A stretch of 64,000 nucleotides of DNA from Geosiphon pyriformis uo1 (GCA_016748015.1 JAAOMT010000439.1:1-64000), one strand, 5' to 3'. Shown: positions 31,436-45,240, numbered from the stretch's first letter. Translations and numbers: made by a program. The notes: generated by a model not told the origin, from the sequence alone.

Positions 31436-34400
31436 CTATGCACTTATATAAACTGAAGCCATGTCACTAACACCTGCATAAAATAAACAATGCTTACAAT
31501 ACCCAAAATTAATGCCGAGTGTATCAACAACACCCAACAACCTAATTACCCCAGCCAAAAGCTGCGCAGAAAAACCAGAAACAGTGACAGAAATAGAACC
31601 ATCACATGGAATCAACTTATTCTTCTTCATAAAGGCCTGGTGTTTCACACGGACCAGCCAGATATTATCATGAAATGCAAGACAAAACTCTCATACAAAA
31701 TTCACAACATTGACCATTATCACTTTAGGATACTTGTAAACAGAAACAGACTTACGATACCAATTGCTAAAAACAAAACCCTTACACAGAGCCGTACTGA
31801 CAGCCACATCTGAAATGCAAGTTGACAACAACTGTGATATGCATAAAGAAGAATGAAACAGACCAGAACGCACCTCTCAGGCAGCTGCATAAGTGTCCAA
31901 CAAATTGGTGCAACTATCAGCATCAGAAGAGCAAAAAAAGACATGGTCTGAGACTTCAACCTCACCACAGAACAAACAAACCACACTGGAATAACCCCTA
32001 TTATACAGATGCTTTTGCACAGCAACAGAAAGGCGATGATAAAGGGCTTTCATGAAATATGTACGAAAGCCAGCCATCTGAATACTAATAAAACCAGTTG
32101 CCATGTGGGAATCTGGGTGCCACACCAGAGAGGACCTCAACCAGTCAATATCAGTATGCAAATAACCTGAAACAACCTGAAAACCAGAACCAACCTCCCA
32201 ACACACACGATGGATTGACCTGAATACATCACAAACAAAATGTCTTAAATTACCAGAAACCATATCAACACCAGCCCTCAAAAACCTCTCACTGACCAAG
32301 TGGGGCAGGCACCAGGCAAAAAAGGCAGCATTTTTAGCCAGCGCATTAGCATGCTTGTTGCCTAAGACACTTAAATGACCCTTAACCTTAATCCAATTAA
32401 CATCTAAATTTTTGCGACAAATGACATTGGCGATGTGACGACACTCAATCCAACAGCAATTCCTAAAATCAGGGCCAACCGATAAAGACTCCAACCTGCA
32501 AGCATCAATAGCTGTCTGGCTGTCCGAGAACAAGTCAACTGAATAAAAAGAAGGAACACACTCAAGAGCCAAAGCAATGGCCTGCAACTCCACCAAAGTA
32601 AAAGAAACCAAACCAGAAACCCCCACACCCAGACCCGAATCAATGTCCTCAAAGAAAACCACAACACCAGTCAACATGTCAACAGTGCCCAAGTTACTCA
32701 GAGACCTATCTGTGTACACAGAAAGGTGGGGGGCACCTATACTTAACAGATTATTACAAATAACACCAAAACCAAGAGACTGATGGATGTTAGAAGAACT
32801 ACCAACACTCTCATAAAGGGAACAACTAGAAGAAGAAGCTACACCACCAAGAAAATGTACAGAGAGATCAAACCAAGAGGGGACCGGGCCACGAGGGTCC
32901 AGTCTTTTCCAATGCTTGAAAGTCTTCCAATCAAAAACAATGCCATTCCAGTCACAAAGCTGTTCTATGAAAGCAATACCATAATGTCTGAGGGAGGAGA
33001 CACATTTGAAGAAAATTACCTCACTGAGTACTAAAAACATAGGAATACCATACCAAAGACGAAAAGCACTGGCCAGAGAGCCACTCAAAGACAAATCACA
33101 CCCAGAAAAAATATGAACTACACCTGCCAAAAAGTTGTTTAAAGGGCTGATTCTAACACAAACAGGAAACAACAAAGGGTGACAAGGATGCCAGCTAAAA
33201 ACCTGGAGATCATGAGACTTATGAGAAAACAAGTGACCCAAAACACCAACTGAATTCACAAAAGCAATAACAGAAGCCGACTTGCTTTTAGCCTGAATCT
33301 GCTCAAAAGTCTTTAAATTGTACAAGAAAAGATGATGAATTGTATCATTGGGAAAGTCTAGAGGCAGCCCAGATTTGGATTTCAGGCCCTTGCGAATCAA
33401 AGTGTCTCATTTATTACACACATTGAAAAGAATAAAACTGAACTGAGTTCTGTAGCTAATGATAGGAAAGAGAACTGAAGACACCAAATAAGCAAACTGT
33501 TTATCTGAAATAACTTTTCTCAGAATGAGATTGATGAAAAACTGAATATCCAAATGTGCCTTAACCAAGCTAGGCTTCGAAAGACCATCAGAAGATAAAA
33601 AAATACCCAGATAATGATAAGGTTCACCCCTTTTAGTGATGAAAATTGGCATACCACTGATAGTTAGGTAAGGAGCAGTGACTTGACAGTTGATAGGAAT
33701 GGCCACAGTCTTGTCATTGTTTATTGAAATGTTATTTAAATGAAAGAACTCACTAGCAACATTGAGAATGTGTTGTGTAGCAACTTGGCTGCTACTGATC
33801 CAGATAGTATCATCAACAAAAGCACCAGTGACCAGAAACAATGACAGCCCAGCTTGAGATTCTATCCGGCCAGCCTTAGAAACGAAATGAGAAATCAATC
33901 TGTAACCATAAATGCTCTCCTGTCTCTTAACCTCACACAAAAGCAAGTCATAAAATATGCACCAGAGAAGTGGTGAAAAAATCTCCCTCTGATCCAATCC
34001 ATCATGAACATGATATCCATTAGTTAAACCAAAATCTGTCATCACTCTGTTAATGCGACCATTATGAATGCTACCAAAAAATCTGATAAATTTGTCACAT
34101 ATTTTGATCCTAATCAAACTCTTCTTGAGATGCTCTCAACCGACAGAATCATAAGCTTTGCGCATATCCTATAACACCAGCCACAACTCTTGGTTCTTTT
34201 CCAAAGCATCTTCGATCACCAAACCAATAGCAAAGATAGGTGATTGAGTAGACGTACCTTTCAGGACAGAGAAATTGTCCCCATGGAGGACATCAAAAGT
34301 ACTACAAGCCAGAGAGATCTGATCTGAAAGAACCTTGTGAGCTGTCTCAATCAAAGCAATAGGATGGGTATTTGTAAGAACTTCCTCCCACTCATAAGGT

Positions 34401-36112
34401 TTAGAAATCATTAAGATCCAGGCTTCCCTCCAAGATCTAGGCACTGACTCACAACTCAAACAAAAATTTAAGAGCACCAAAAGCATATCCAAGACTGACT
34501 TGTCACAATGTTTCCAAAGTTTATTAGGGATACCAGAAAGACCAGCTGCTTTCCCGTTGGGCAAATTTGAAATAACACCAAACATTTCATCAAAACCAAT
34601 TGAATGCATTATATTAGAAAAGACACCATCGAAGACATAATTCAAAGGTAGAAATTGCCTTGTCCAATTACCAGAGATATCAGAAGCCACCACATGTTTT
34701 CTGGTCCAACCCTCCATGATTTCATCCACCTTAGATTTAACCAATTCAGGCTCCAGGACTAACTTCCTACCATCCACCAAATAATCCAACACCACTTTAT
34801 GAAAAGGACGCTCCAAAACACTTCTAATAGTGTGACCTTTATCCACCTCAAAACTCTTTATTCTCTTCTTAATAGCCTGTCTTACACTAGATTCTTCAGT
34901 GTGCTTAGATTCCAACAACTTAGAAGAACAGTAAGACTTCTTTGCCTTAGCCAGTCTAGAATGAATCACATCAAAACTAGTACCAGAAAGAAACAGAGAT
35001 CTCATTGGCAAAGCACTCATAGCATCAAGCCTGTTCCAAGTATCCAACAACAAGGCGAAATCTTCACTAGAAACCAACCGAAAAGCCTTCACCAGTTTAG
35101 ACACAAGAAGCTTCAGTTTATGAAACCAGGAAGATACCTTATTAAAAACACAATTGAAACCCTTAAACCATTTTTTCTTAAATGTTCTACCAGCCAAAAG
35201 AACCATAACTTTATGAACAATGTCCCACATCACATCCAGATCAGAAAACTGCTCAGCTATAACAAACTTATCTGAGAACATAACAGCATTAGCAGCCATA
35301 GCATTTCTGAATTCTAATCACTTAATCTTATTAGTATCTTTGATATCATACTTCCAACAATCTCTATTAGCTTGTTTGCACAATGAGTTTAGCTGGACAT
35401 CAAGCAGGCCACTCAGTCCCACAAAAACATAAACAGCCTTGTGATTGGTATCAAAATATTTCTTAATGCCATCCACACCACGATCCATCACCGTACCAAC
35501 CAAGTTAGAAGAAACAAACACATAGTCAATTGTTTTAGAAACACCATGAAAATTGCACCAAGTGGGTGATTTCACAAAAGAGCTTACCCTTAGAAAGTTA
35601 ATCAAACCCAAATCAAAACATTTCTTAAAACTGGCACATTTGTGAGAACCATCCTCATTAAAATCACCACCAAGAATAACAAAAGAAGACTTATTAATGA
35701 CTTTAGCGATGAGAGAGTTGACTTCACCAGCCTGAGAAAACCGAACCACCGATAAAGCACCAGCATATAGCCCCAAAATAGACACTGAAAGTTTATTTTT
35801 GAAAAGCAACTTGATGGACAGGAGCCGACCAGGCACCTCAGAGACCTTGCAGACATGTTTTGCCAAAGAAAAATTCACTACAATTAACACCTTAGCACCC
35901 AAAGAACCAGAATCCAGACCAGAAGTAAAAACCCGAACACCATCAAATTTGTCAGTCAGCCATGGGCAAGCTTTACCCTTAAGCTTAGACTCTGTAAAAA
36001 TAGAAACCAAATTGTTCATATCCTTGTGCCAACAAATTACATCATCTTGCTTCACAGGATTGTTCAATCCACGAACATTACATGTAGCAATTTTCCATAC
36101 CAGATCACTTAT
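31436..36112 (-). pseudogene. LINE ORF2: AP endonuclease, reverse transcriptase, RNase H, zinc knuckle
   Basis: CNVRGLN, GDFN, IDYVF, TNH; AFVDD; YTD..ELQAI..SDSQ..KVKGH; CLFCGEVEVSDHVFFC; all track fragments fall in one frame, split by nonsense codons. Confidence 0.93.
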
Positions 36113-37995
36113 TGAGAAAAAGGTAAAAGAGAAGCACCACCAGCCAAAGCCAAACCATCTAAGTGTGCTGATAGGCTCATAATTGAAGCAGCAAGACCCT
36201 CCAACATGTTCTCCAATTTCACAACCTTAGGTGAGACAGTTGAACCCACAACAGCAGCAGTCTTGTTACCAGTGGCATCACCTAAACCCACTCCCATTAC
36301 TATATCCTCCCCTTGATTCTGCAATGGGGGGGTTACTGGCAGTTGACATCCAGGGCTAGGCTGGGGAACTGCCAGCACGAGTGAATCCAACCTCTTAGCC
36401 AACTCACCAATTTGTCCCGCAAAGCTGACGAGACTGCTTTCAATATTTGCCAAATGCTTTTCCAAATCATTCACAACAAAAGGAAGAGGTTTACTAACTT
36501 TGTTGGAACCAAGAAACAAACCATTACCATGAGAACTATGCACCGAAGGAGCACCAACCACTGACATCCAAGTTCTGCCACCGAAAGAGACTGGACGAGT
36601 AACAGGTGCCTGCTTCTTCTTATAAATACTGGCCAAATGAACACAATTCAGATTGGTCACCACTCTTTTTCTATGGCTATCAGAATTCCCACCTACTGAA
36701 CACACTTCACTAGTATGACCACACAGATTGTATATAGCACAGCGAGCCAGAGAAAGACCAGCCCAGCACAAACTCACTCCCTTAAAAACCGGAACCAAAC
36801 CAAAAACAGCCAACTTGGAAGCCTCATCAGCAAAACAAATAACAGCACACCTATCTCGAACATACGTAACAGGATTATGGCCAATAATACAGGTCTTCCC
36901 ATCATACAAAGCCAACAGACCAGAAAGATCATGAGTAGTGGTGCCAACTGAAAGAGTATAAAGCAATGCCCAATGTTGATCTCTCAATACCCATGTTTGT
37001 TTATTACCAACTGCCAAAGCCACACACATCAAATTCTTTCTCACAAGAACTAACTATTTAGATACAACCAAACTGGCAACTTCAGATAACTCAAATTCAA
37101 TCAAGACCTTTTGCCAAAGACCAATCAATTGCATCCTGATGGAAACAACTCTGCCAAATTTAGAAAAAACTGATTCCACAACCAACTTTAGAAGATCAAC
37201 TGGGATCTCCTTGACAATTACTTCCTGATTCAAACAAATGTTTGCTTTTTTGAGATCACCATTGACAACAATTTTCTCATGGACTGCCATTTCCCTAGCC
37301 TTAATCAAACTAGACTCATTTGTAAAAGTTAAACAAGCAACACTAGGAAATTTTGAGAGAGTTGAAGCTTCTCCAAAACCATCAATTTTGTAAAAAAAAT
37401 TTTTGATTGAAATGAGCTTATTACTATTAGTCCTGCCAGGAACAGCTGACAAATTCACATCCAGAGCAAACAATTTCACTGGCCCAAAACTACGACTCTT
37501 GAGAACACGTGATTTAGAAGAGGACAGCTAATTGGACCCATTGATTTTAGGAGGCAGCAACATGGAATTGTTGTCATTGTCGTCCATAGTAGCAAATAGA
37601 GATGCCTTAAGAGGTTGTTCCAACACATATGTCCGAGTGTGAGTCCTACATGGCATAGTCTTGTCTATTTTGTCATTCTCACCTGAATCAACGTAGCTTG
37701 TCTCCTTAGCAACTAAGTTCTCCAAATTTTTGACATTTAAAAGACCACTTATACTGCCAGAAATGCTACCTACTCTGCTTCCCCAGGATGCTGCCGGCTT
37801 ACCATCATCACCACCCAAATCTTTTAAATGTAGAGGACCAGTAGACGACTCAACCAAAATGCCAGCTGCAGGCTTTTTAGGCTTTTTGTAGGATGCACCA
37901 CAGGCATAGACCATATCAATACACTTGTTTTTAGCACTCTGGTGGATCCTCAAACCAGCCGAACCTGAACCAGAACCACCAGCAGACAAGCCCAC
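36109..37995 (-). pseudogene. LINE ORF1 (RRM-like repeats, degenerate CCHC knuckle, coiled coils)
   Basis: Three in-frame fragments (37528-37995, 37054-37479, 36109-37044) separated by TAG stops; CAIYNLCGHTSEVC. Confidence 0.85.
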
Positions 37996-38144
37996 CAGTT
38001 TTATCGCAACAAATAAAGGTAAGTTAAAAGAAATAGTTAACAGGAACTAAGGGAAGAGAGAAAAGAAAAAGTGATTTCTTCAAAATTATCTTTTGCTCTC
38101 GTTGTGGTCAGAGAATCGATGAGAGAAAAATTTTCTTTTTAAAA

Positions 38145-39310
38145 TGTTTTTAATTTTAGCTAAAATACAAGCTATTGTTTTGGCTCTTAAGTACATTTTA
38201 GCTTTATTCAAAATTATGATTTATTCTGACAGTTAGGTTTTTTTAGATATTTATTAAGTTGAGTTAAAATTAGTAGCATCTGATTTTTATAATAAATATT
38301 GAATAAAGTACTACCATATTAATAATTTGGTTAAAAATAAAAACATTTCTGTAAATTAAACCAAGATAAAAAGTTATTTAAGAATGTTGAACAATAAGCA
38401 TACTAATAAGTTAATAGATTAAATTATCTCTTTAAGACTTATTTTTCCAGTAAATATTAAAAAAAAGTATCTAATAACTAATAGTAAGAAAATATTTAAT
38501 AATATATATTATTTTATTAGAACTTTAAATGACACTTTAAAGCATTTTTATTGAAAATTTAAATCAAGTTTTAGTGTTTTGGATTTTTTGTATGTTAGAG
38601 ATATTAATTAAAAGCATATTGTTTTAATTTAACATTCTAATTTTTATATGATTATTAAATATACATATAAAGTTACTATTGGTTTGTGTATATACCTAAT
38701 GAAAACTCTATATAAGAAATTACCAGTAATGATTAAAAAATGCTTATATAATTATAGTTACTTAAGTATATTATATGTGTATTATAGTAAAATAAAGTTT
38801 TTAAATTATAGTTTTGTTTACAGCTCAGACTTTTTTATTCATTAAGATTTGTTAAATAAATACTCTGTTATTTGAAGATTTTTAGCTGAAGCAAAGTTGG
38901 TTTTATTTGTAATTTTTTAATTATTAGTTATATGTATTTTTAATATTAGTCTATATATAATTTTGTACAAGAAATTTGTTTTTAAGAATTGGTTGGTAGA
39001 AGCTAAAGCTTTTTTTAAAAATGCTAAGCTCATTGCATTTAGATTGGTTAAGTTTATTTAATAATTAGTTATTGGCTATAAAGAGTAAATAAAATATCTA
39101 ATTTAAAACTTCAAGCTGAAATAAATTATAGAGATTTGTTAAATAAAAATAGTTTTATGTTTAATATTATTCATGGTTTTTCTGCTGAGATTTCAGATAA
39201 AATTGATTGTTTTTTGAGAATTAAGGAGAATCACACTATTAGTTTTAGATTAAAAATTAGTTGTTTGTTTTATATAGACACAATTAAGGAAGTTTTAATT
39301 AACAATAATA
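38145..39310 (+). mobile_element. Old AT-eroded LINE ORF2, right part (RNase H to C-terminus)
   Basis: Resumes after the TSD with LAKIQAIVLAL (= LAELQAIALAL); ends GFSAEISD...CLFYID matching the ORF2 C-terminus. Confidence 0.8.
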
Positions 39311-39364
39311 TGTGTTTTGTGGTATTTTGTTTTAGTGTTCTATAAGCTAGTAACACTAATAGAA

Positions 39365-39880
39365 TAAAGATATCCTATTTTTGTTCAAAATTAGTTAAGA
39401 CTTTGGCTAGTGATTTACACAATATTTGGTTAAAACATTCCATTAATTTATTTGTTTAGGGGTAATAAAATAATGATAAGAGTCTTTTAATATTGAATCA
39501 TTTACAAATTTTTTGTATTAAGTTGTTTACAAAATGTGTTCTTTGATTAGATAGAAGTTCAATTAGACATCTATGTTTACAAATAATGTTTTTATAAATA
39601 AAATTTGCTATTAATTTTGTGTTTGCTTTTTAAATAGCTCTGGCTTTAAGCTATTTGATAAGATAATTTACTACAACTGCTATATAATAGTTTTTTTAAA
39701 TAATAATGAATAATGGTTCAACTAAATTAATTCTCACTTTGTTGAAAGATTATCCAACTTTGATTGGATTTAAAAGTTCAATAAAACAAGTTTTTGAATT
39801 TTGGAATTCTTTATTTTACTATGCTTATTTCTGATTGGTTATTTTATTTATTATTATAATTTCTAATTTCTATGAGTAAT
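39365..39880 (-). mobile_element. Ty3/Gypsy integrase-core fragment joined to a 5' LTR stub
   Basis: ~39365-39780 is an inverted diverged homolog of ~41420-41835; ~39785-39880 has CTGATTGG and CTATGAGTAATA like the LTR end at 57248-57298. Confidence 0.65.
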
Positions 39881-42450
39881 ACCAATAATTTTTGTAAAAA
39901 AAAATAAAAAAATCAAATTTTGTGTAGATTATTGTTAATTTAATAATATAATAATTGAAAATATATACTCTTTATCAAAAATTAACAATGTATTAAATGT
40001 CTTAAGAAAAGCCAAATTTTTTTTAACTTTAAACTTAAAAAACAGATACTAACAAGTTAAAATAAATTCAAAAGACTAATCCAAAACAGTTTTTATCACT
40101 CAAGAAAGAAACTACAAATTTAATATAATGTTTTTCAAACTCAAAAATACATCAACAATATTCCAGCAACTTATAGATATTGTATATAAAAACTTTTATA
40201 ATAATTAGTAGTCATTTATTTAAATAATATTAATGTCTATTTCCTAACTTTTGAAGCTTATCTTATATACTTGTAAAAAGTTTTTTAATGATTACAGAAA
40301 GCAGAATTGAAATTAAACATCAAAAAATGCTACTTTAGAAAAACAAACTTAATTTTTCTTAAATATATTGTTAGCAAAAATAAAGTTCAATTCAATTCAA
40401 AAACAATTAGTGCTATTAAAAATTTCAAAATTTTCCAAAATACTATAAAATTAAGAGAATTTATAAGATTAATCTCTTATTATCAAAAATTTATTAAAAA
40501 ATTCTCTGAAATTGCCAAACTACTTAATTATTTGATCAATAAAAATATCAAATATCAATAGACATTAGTTCAACAAAAAACATTTGACACATTCAAAAAA
40601 AGACTTATAACTGTCTTAATTCTTGCTTATTTAGATTTTAACAAATGGTTCTAACTAGTTACTAATGCTTTATATATTACTTTTGGTACCATTTTATTAT
40701 AATTGAATAATAATAACAATAAACAAGTTATTATTTATATTAACAAAACACTTAAATCCATTGAAACAAAATATGGCTTAACTAAACTAGAAATAACAGC
40801 TATTATATGAGCTCTTAAATATTTTCAACAGTATTTACAAAGAAAAAAAAAATTTGATATTATCACTAATAATATTAGCTTTAAATAGTTTAACAAAAAA
40901 AGTTTCAAATTCAATACCAAACAATTTTAATAGACTGATTTTCTTACTAATTACAAATATATTATCTATTATAAACCAAGAAAATTACACATTAATATTA
41001 ATAGTTTTTTAATAATGAGAAAAGATTAATACTAATACTAACTTTATCATAATTTATCAACTCTATAATAACAAAACAACCAATAAACAATAAATTTTGA
41101 AAACTATAATAATATCAAAAATTATTTGGAAATTCTTATCATGTCAAAAAATTAGTCTCTAATTAAAAAATATTACTTTTATAATAACAAAATTTATTAC
41201 CAAAATCATAAAAACTTAACCAATTTATTCAGATTAGTTCAAAAAAATAAAAAAAAACCATTTTTTACAACATATACACAGATCTATTTTTAGCATATTT
41301 AGAAAAAAATAATATAATTCAAAGAATACTTGAACATTATTTTTGGTCTTACATACAAAAAAACATTTAATAATATGTAAAATTATGTAGTAGTTGTTAA
41401 AAAAAGAAGGAATTCTCTTTACAGAATCTTTAAATTCAATCAAAGTTAGACAATTTTTTAACAAAGTTGGTATTAATTTAATCAAACCATTATTTATTAC
41501 AACCCAAGAAAATTATTACATTGTAGTTGTAATAAATTATCTTACCAAATAGCCCAAAGCCAAAGTTATTTAAAGAGCAATGCAAAATTAATAGCAAATT
41601 TTATCTACAAAAATATTATTTGTAGACATAAATGTTCAATTAAATTTTTATTTAATTAAAAAACACACTTTGTAAACAATTTGATACAAGAAATTTGTAA
41701 ATAGTTTAATATTAAAAGACTACTATTATTATTTTATTATTTATAAACAAATGGATTTATAGAACAATTTAATTAAATACTATGTAAATCATTGGCCAAA
41801 GTTTCAACCAATTTTGAACAGAAATAAAATATCTTTATTCTATTAGTGTTACTAGTTTATAGAACACTAAAACAAGATATCACAAAATACAAACTATTTG
41901 ATTTTACTTATAAGAAAACAACAATATTACCAATTAATTTTACAGTAGAAATATATTCAGTACAACTAATTATAGAAGAAAACTTTCAAAAAATATTTCA
42001 ATAAAGAACCTATATTCTTCTTAGTACATTAGAAAGAAAATAACAAATTGTAGCCACTTATATTGAATATTTTCAAGCTTAATAAAAAAAATAACATGAT
42101 AATAAATTTCTATTAGCCACCAATAAATTCAAAGTTAGAAATAAAGTTTTTTTACACAAAACTAAGCCCAAAAAACAATAAAGTAAAAAATTTGATCATA
42201 AATAAAATAGATCATTTTATATTGATAAAATTCTAGACAATGAATTATATAAGTTAAGATTTGATAACAAAATTTTAACAAAAATTACACATAAAAATTA
42301 ATTAAAATACTATTACTTTAAAACCAATTCTAAATTATTAATTCCACAAATTAGTATATATTTTTCTTTAATTAATTCTAAAAATATTTCCCAAAATTTA
42401 GAACCAATAGTTGTAATACAATAACAACCAAATCTAATCATTTAAATTAT
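39881..42450 (+). mobile_element. Eroded Ty3/Gypsy pol (RT, RNase H, integrase with GPY/F-like tail)
   Basis: FCVDY, VIYLNN (YLDD eroded), LKLNIKKCYF, LREFIRLISYYQKFIKKFS, integrase core collinear with 58.1-60.6 kb. Confidence 0.85.
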
Positions 42451-42619
42451 TTAATTATATTAGTAATTCTTTTTAAATAATACAGAAACATTAAACAAAA
42501 TAGGAAATAATTACCAGAAAATATCCAATTTTAAAAATATATAAAAACTATTATACTAAAAATAATTTTTTTTTATTCTTTTATTTTTACTAAATTTTAT
42601 ATTTTCTTTTTAATTTTAT

Positions 42620-43277
42620 AATGCTTATTCTCTAAAACATTTAACAAATATTCTAAAAATTAATGTTAGCTTTAAAAACACTTTTTAACTTATTCATAAC
42701 AATTAATAAAAGTCAAATTAATTATATTTAAAAAAAAGTTACAGTCTCAATAATAAATAATTCTTAGAATTATCACTTTTATAAAAAAAAAACAAGCAAT
42801 TATTTTGAAAATTACTTATCAGAACTTTTGAAACAAGCTTTAAAAAATACCTATTGTTTACTCTTATTGATCTTTTTCTGAATATTACAATATAACAAAA
42901 ACTTTAAATATGTTTTAACAAAAACAGTAAATATATTTCTATTTATTAATACTTTTAAATTGGAAAATTACTTTATCAACAAAAACTGGAACTTCAAACA
43001 ACCAATCTTACTTTCAAAGCTATACAAAAACAAATTTACAATAAATTTAAGACAATAACTAGACCAACAAATACTTACTACAAATTTAGAGCAGCTTTTA
43101 GATTTTATGACTTGTTCAATACTTACAAAAACATTTTACAAAATCCAATACTTTAACTAATAAAATACAATATATTGGCAAGTTTATAGAACTGAAATTT
43201 TAATAATTTTCAGACCAAATTACTTCAATAATACTAAATTGCTATCTAGAAATTACAGATAGTACTTAGATTTTAAT
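42620..43277 (+). pseudogene. Extra ORF between integrase and PPT of the Gypsy element (unknown function)
   Basis: C-terminal ~47 codons align without gaps to the ORF at 57313-57545 (minus). Confidence 0.6.
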
Positions 43278-43303
43278 AAAGCTTAATTTTAAGAAAAAAA
43301 TTA

Positions 43304-44110
43304 TGTTATCAGTAAAATTTTAGCCATTAATTAACATGAATTATTCTTATAATTTATATTATTAATTAATATATTATCATTGTTTCAATTATTACTTATT
43401 ATTTAATCAAATTATCAAATATTACTATTTAATTAATAATTTGATTTATATAATACACAAATTATAATGATCAGATTATACAATATACTAAACTCTATAA
43501 CATTTAAAAATTTGTCGAAATTTGCAAAAATTTATGAAATATTTTAATAGTTTACCAAAATTATTTATAGTTTATAAAAATAATTTGTAGTTTGTCAAAA
43601 TATATCTTTAATTTATTAAAATTATAGCAAAGAAAAAGTTTAAGTTCATAAACTAATATTACAACAAATTATATAAAAAGAAAAGTTTTTCTTTTTAAAA
43701 AAATATATTTTACTTCAGAACTATTAATCTTAATTCGAATCAATTAACTTTTACATATTTTTATAACAAATAATAAACATTAAATACTTTAAAAACTAAA
43801 ATTTTTAAATTATTTACACTTAAAATTTTCCAAATTCTAATTAATATTTTAAAATTAATCAGCTACCAATTTCAATAATTTGTTAATAATTTCAAGTCTA
43901 AACAGAAAATAATTCTCTTAACAAAATTTTTTTTTTTTATATTTTTTATATTTTTTTATATTTTTTATTATTATTATTAAGATAGCTTACAGATAAAATT
44001 CTTATAAAAGAGTTAATTTTTATAGCAAAGTAACTACATATTTTAATAAGCTTTTAAATAAGTATTTTTTAAAAAAGAGTTAATTTTCACTGTAAAATAA
44101 CTATACAAAT
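43304..44110 (+). repeat. Degenerate 3' LTR (right boundary uncertain)
   Basis: Purine tract AAGAAAAAAA then TGTTATC at 43304; short tandem repeats ~43500-43620; TATA-like TATATAAAA ~43669. Confidence 0.55.
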
Positions 44111-45240
44111 AATTAACATAGAATTGGTCATTTTATTTATAAGTCTAATAGTTTAAATTATAGGAAATAATTTGAAAATAAATTCAGTTATTGGAGGTTC
44201 AACAGCTTTTAGTAATAATAAATTTACAGCAAAATAATATTAACAATATTTAAAAAAAGAAACTAAAAACTTCTAATAACAATATTAAAATATATATTAA
44301 AGTTTTTGTATTTTTAATTTTTAATTTTTTTTTATTTTTGGTTGTTTTTACTGTTACTGTTATTAATTTTATAATTGGTTTTAGATTAGATTTTATAAAA
44401 TCTTGAATTTTTTAATTTGACTATATTAATTAAGTTTGTTATTAAGCTAATTATTTTTTTTGGTTTTAAATAATCAAATATATATAAATATAAAAACCAA
44501 TTTGGTTTAAATAAATAATAATATTTCAAGTTTTGCTAATATTTTGGCTGATTTATTTAAAAACTTTGTTTTTTTTAAAGCTAAATTGAATTTTAATTTA
44601 TTTAATAATATTATAACAAAAATTGTAATCTATTTTTTTAAATAAATTAATTTTTAAATATATTATATTTTTATAATAAATAAGTTTTCTAATTTTAAAA
44701 ATAATTTAAATAAAACTAGATTATTTTTAAGTAAATTTATTTTTAATAATTATAATTTAAATAGTTATATTATTAAATTACATGAATTAAGTTTATTTTT
44801 AGCTTTTTTTATTGCTTAAAACATAATTTGATTATATATTAAACTTAATTTATATATAATTAGCCAATTAAATTAATTAAACTATTTTATATTACAGTTG
44901 TAAACTTATTAACTTTAAAATAATTTGTTTAAGTTTTTTTTATGTTAAATACTATTTATAATAATTTATACTTATTTATAATATTTAAATATTTTTATTA
45001 TATGTGGTATTTTTTACTGTTCTAATTATTATTGTTTTGTGTTTTATTTGGTAATTTTTAAAACTAATAACAATTGTTATTGTACTTTTTAATTGTGTTT
45101 TTATTTAATAATTATAAAAATAAATTATTTATTTTAATTAAAAAAAAAGATAACAAATAATTTTTATTTACAAATATTAAATACTTAAAAATAAAAAAAA
45201 TATATTTAATATATTTAAAATTTGATTATATAAATAACAA
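44110..45240 (-). repeat. AT-rich relic related to the 16.4-19.0 kb element
   Basis: TATTAATTTT(A/G)TAATTGGTTTTA shared with ~18118-18141; very high AT. Confidence 0.45.

Larger units (their letters stand above)
31303..38144 (-). mobile_element. Full-length LINE (ORF1 + APE-RT-RNase H-CCHC ORF2), inactivated
   Basis: 13-bp TSD TGTTTTTAATTTT at 31290-31302 and 38145-38157; (TAAA)n-type tail; two ORFs. Confidence 0.93.

Noticed and set aside
31436-36112. Alternative genetic code (TGA=Trp) explaining in-frame TGA at Trp positions
   Set aside because: TAG and TAA stops also interrupt TE ORFs, and host genes use TGA as a normal stop
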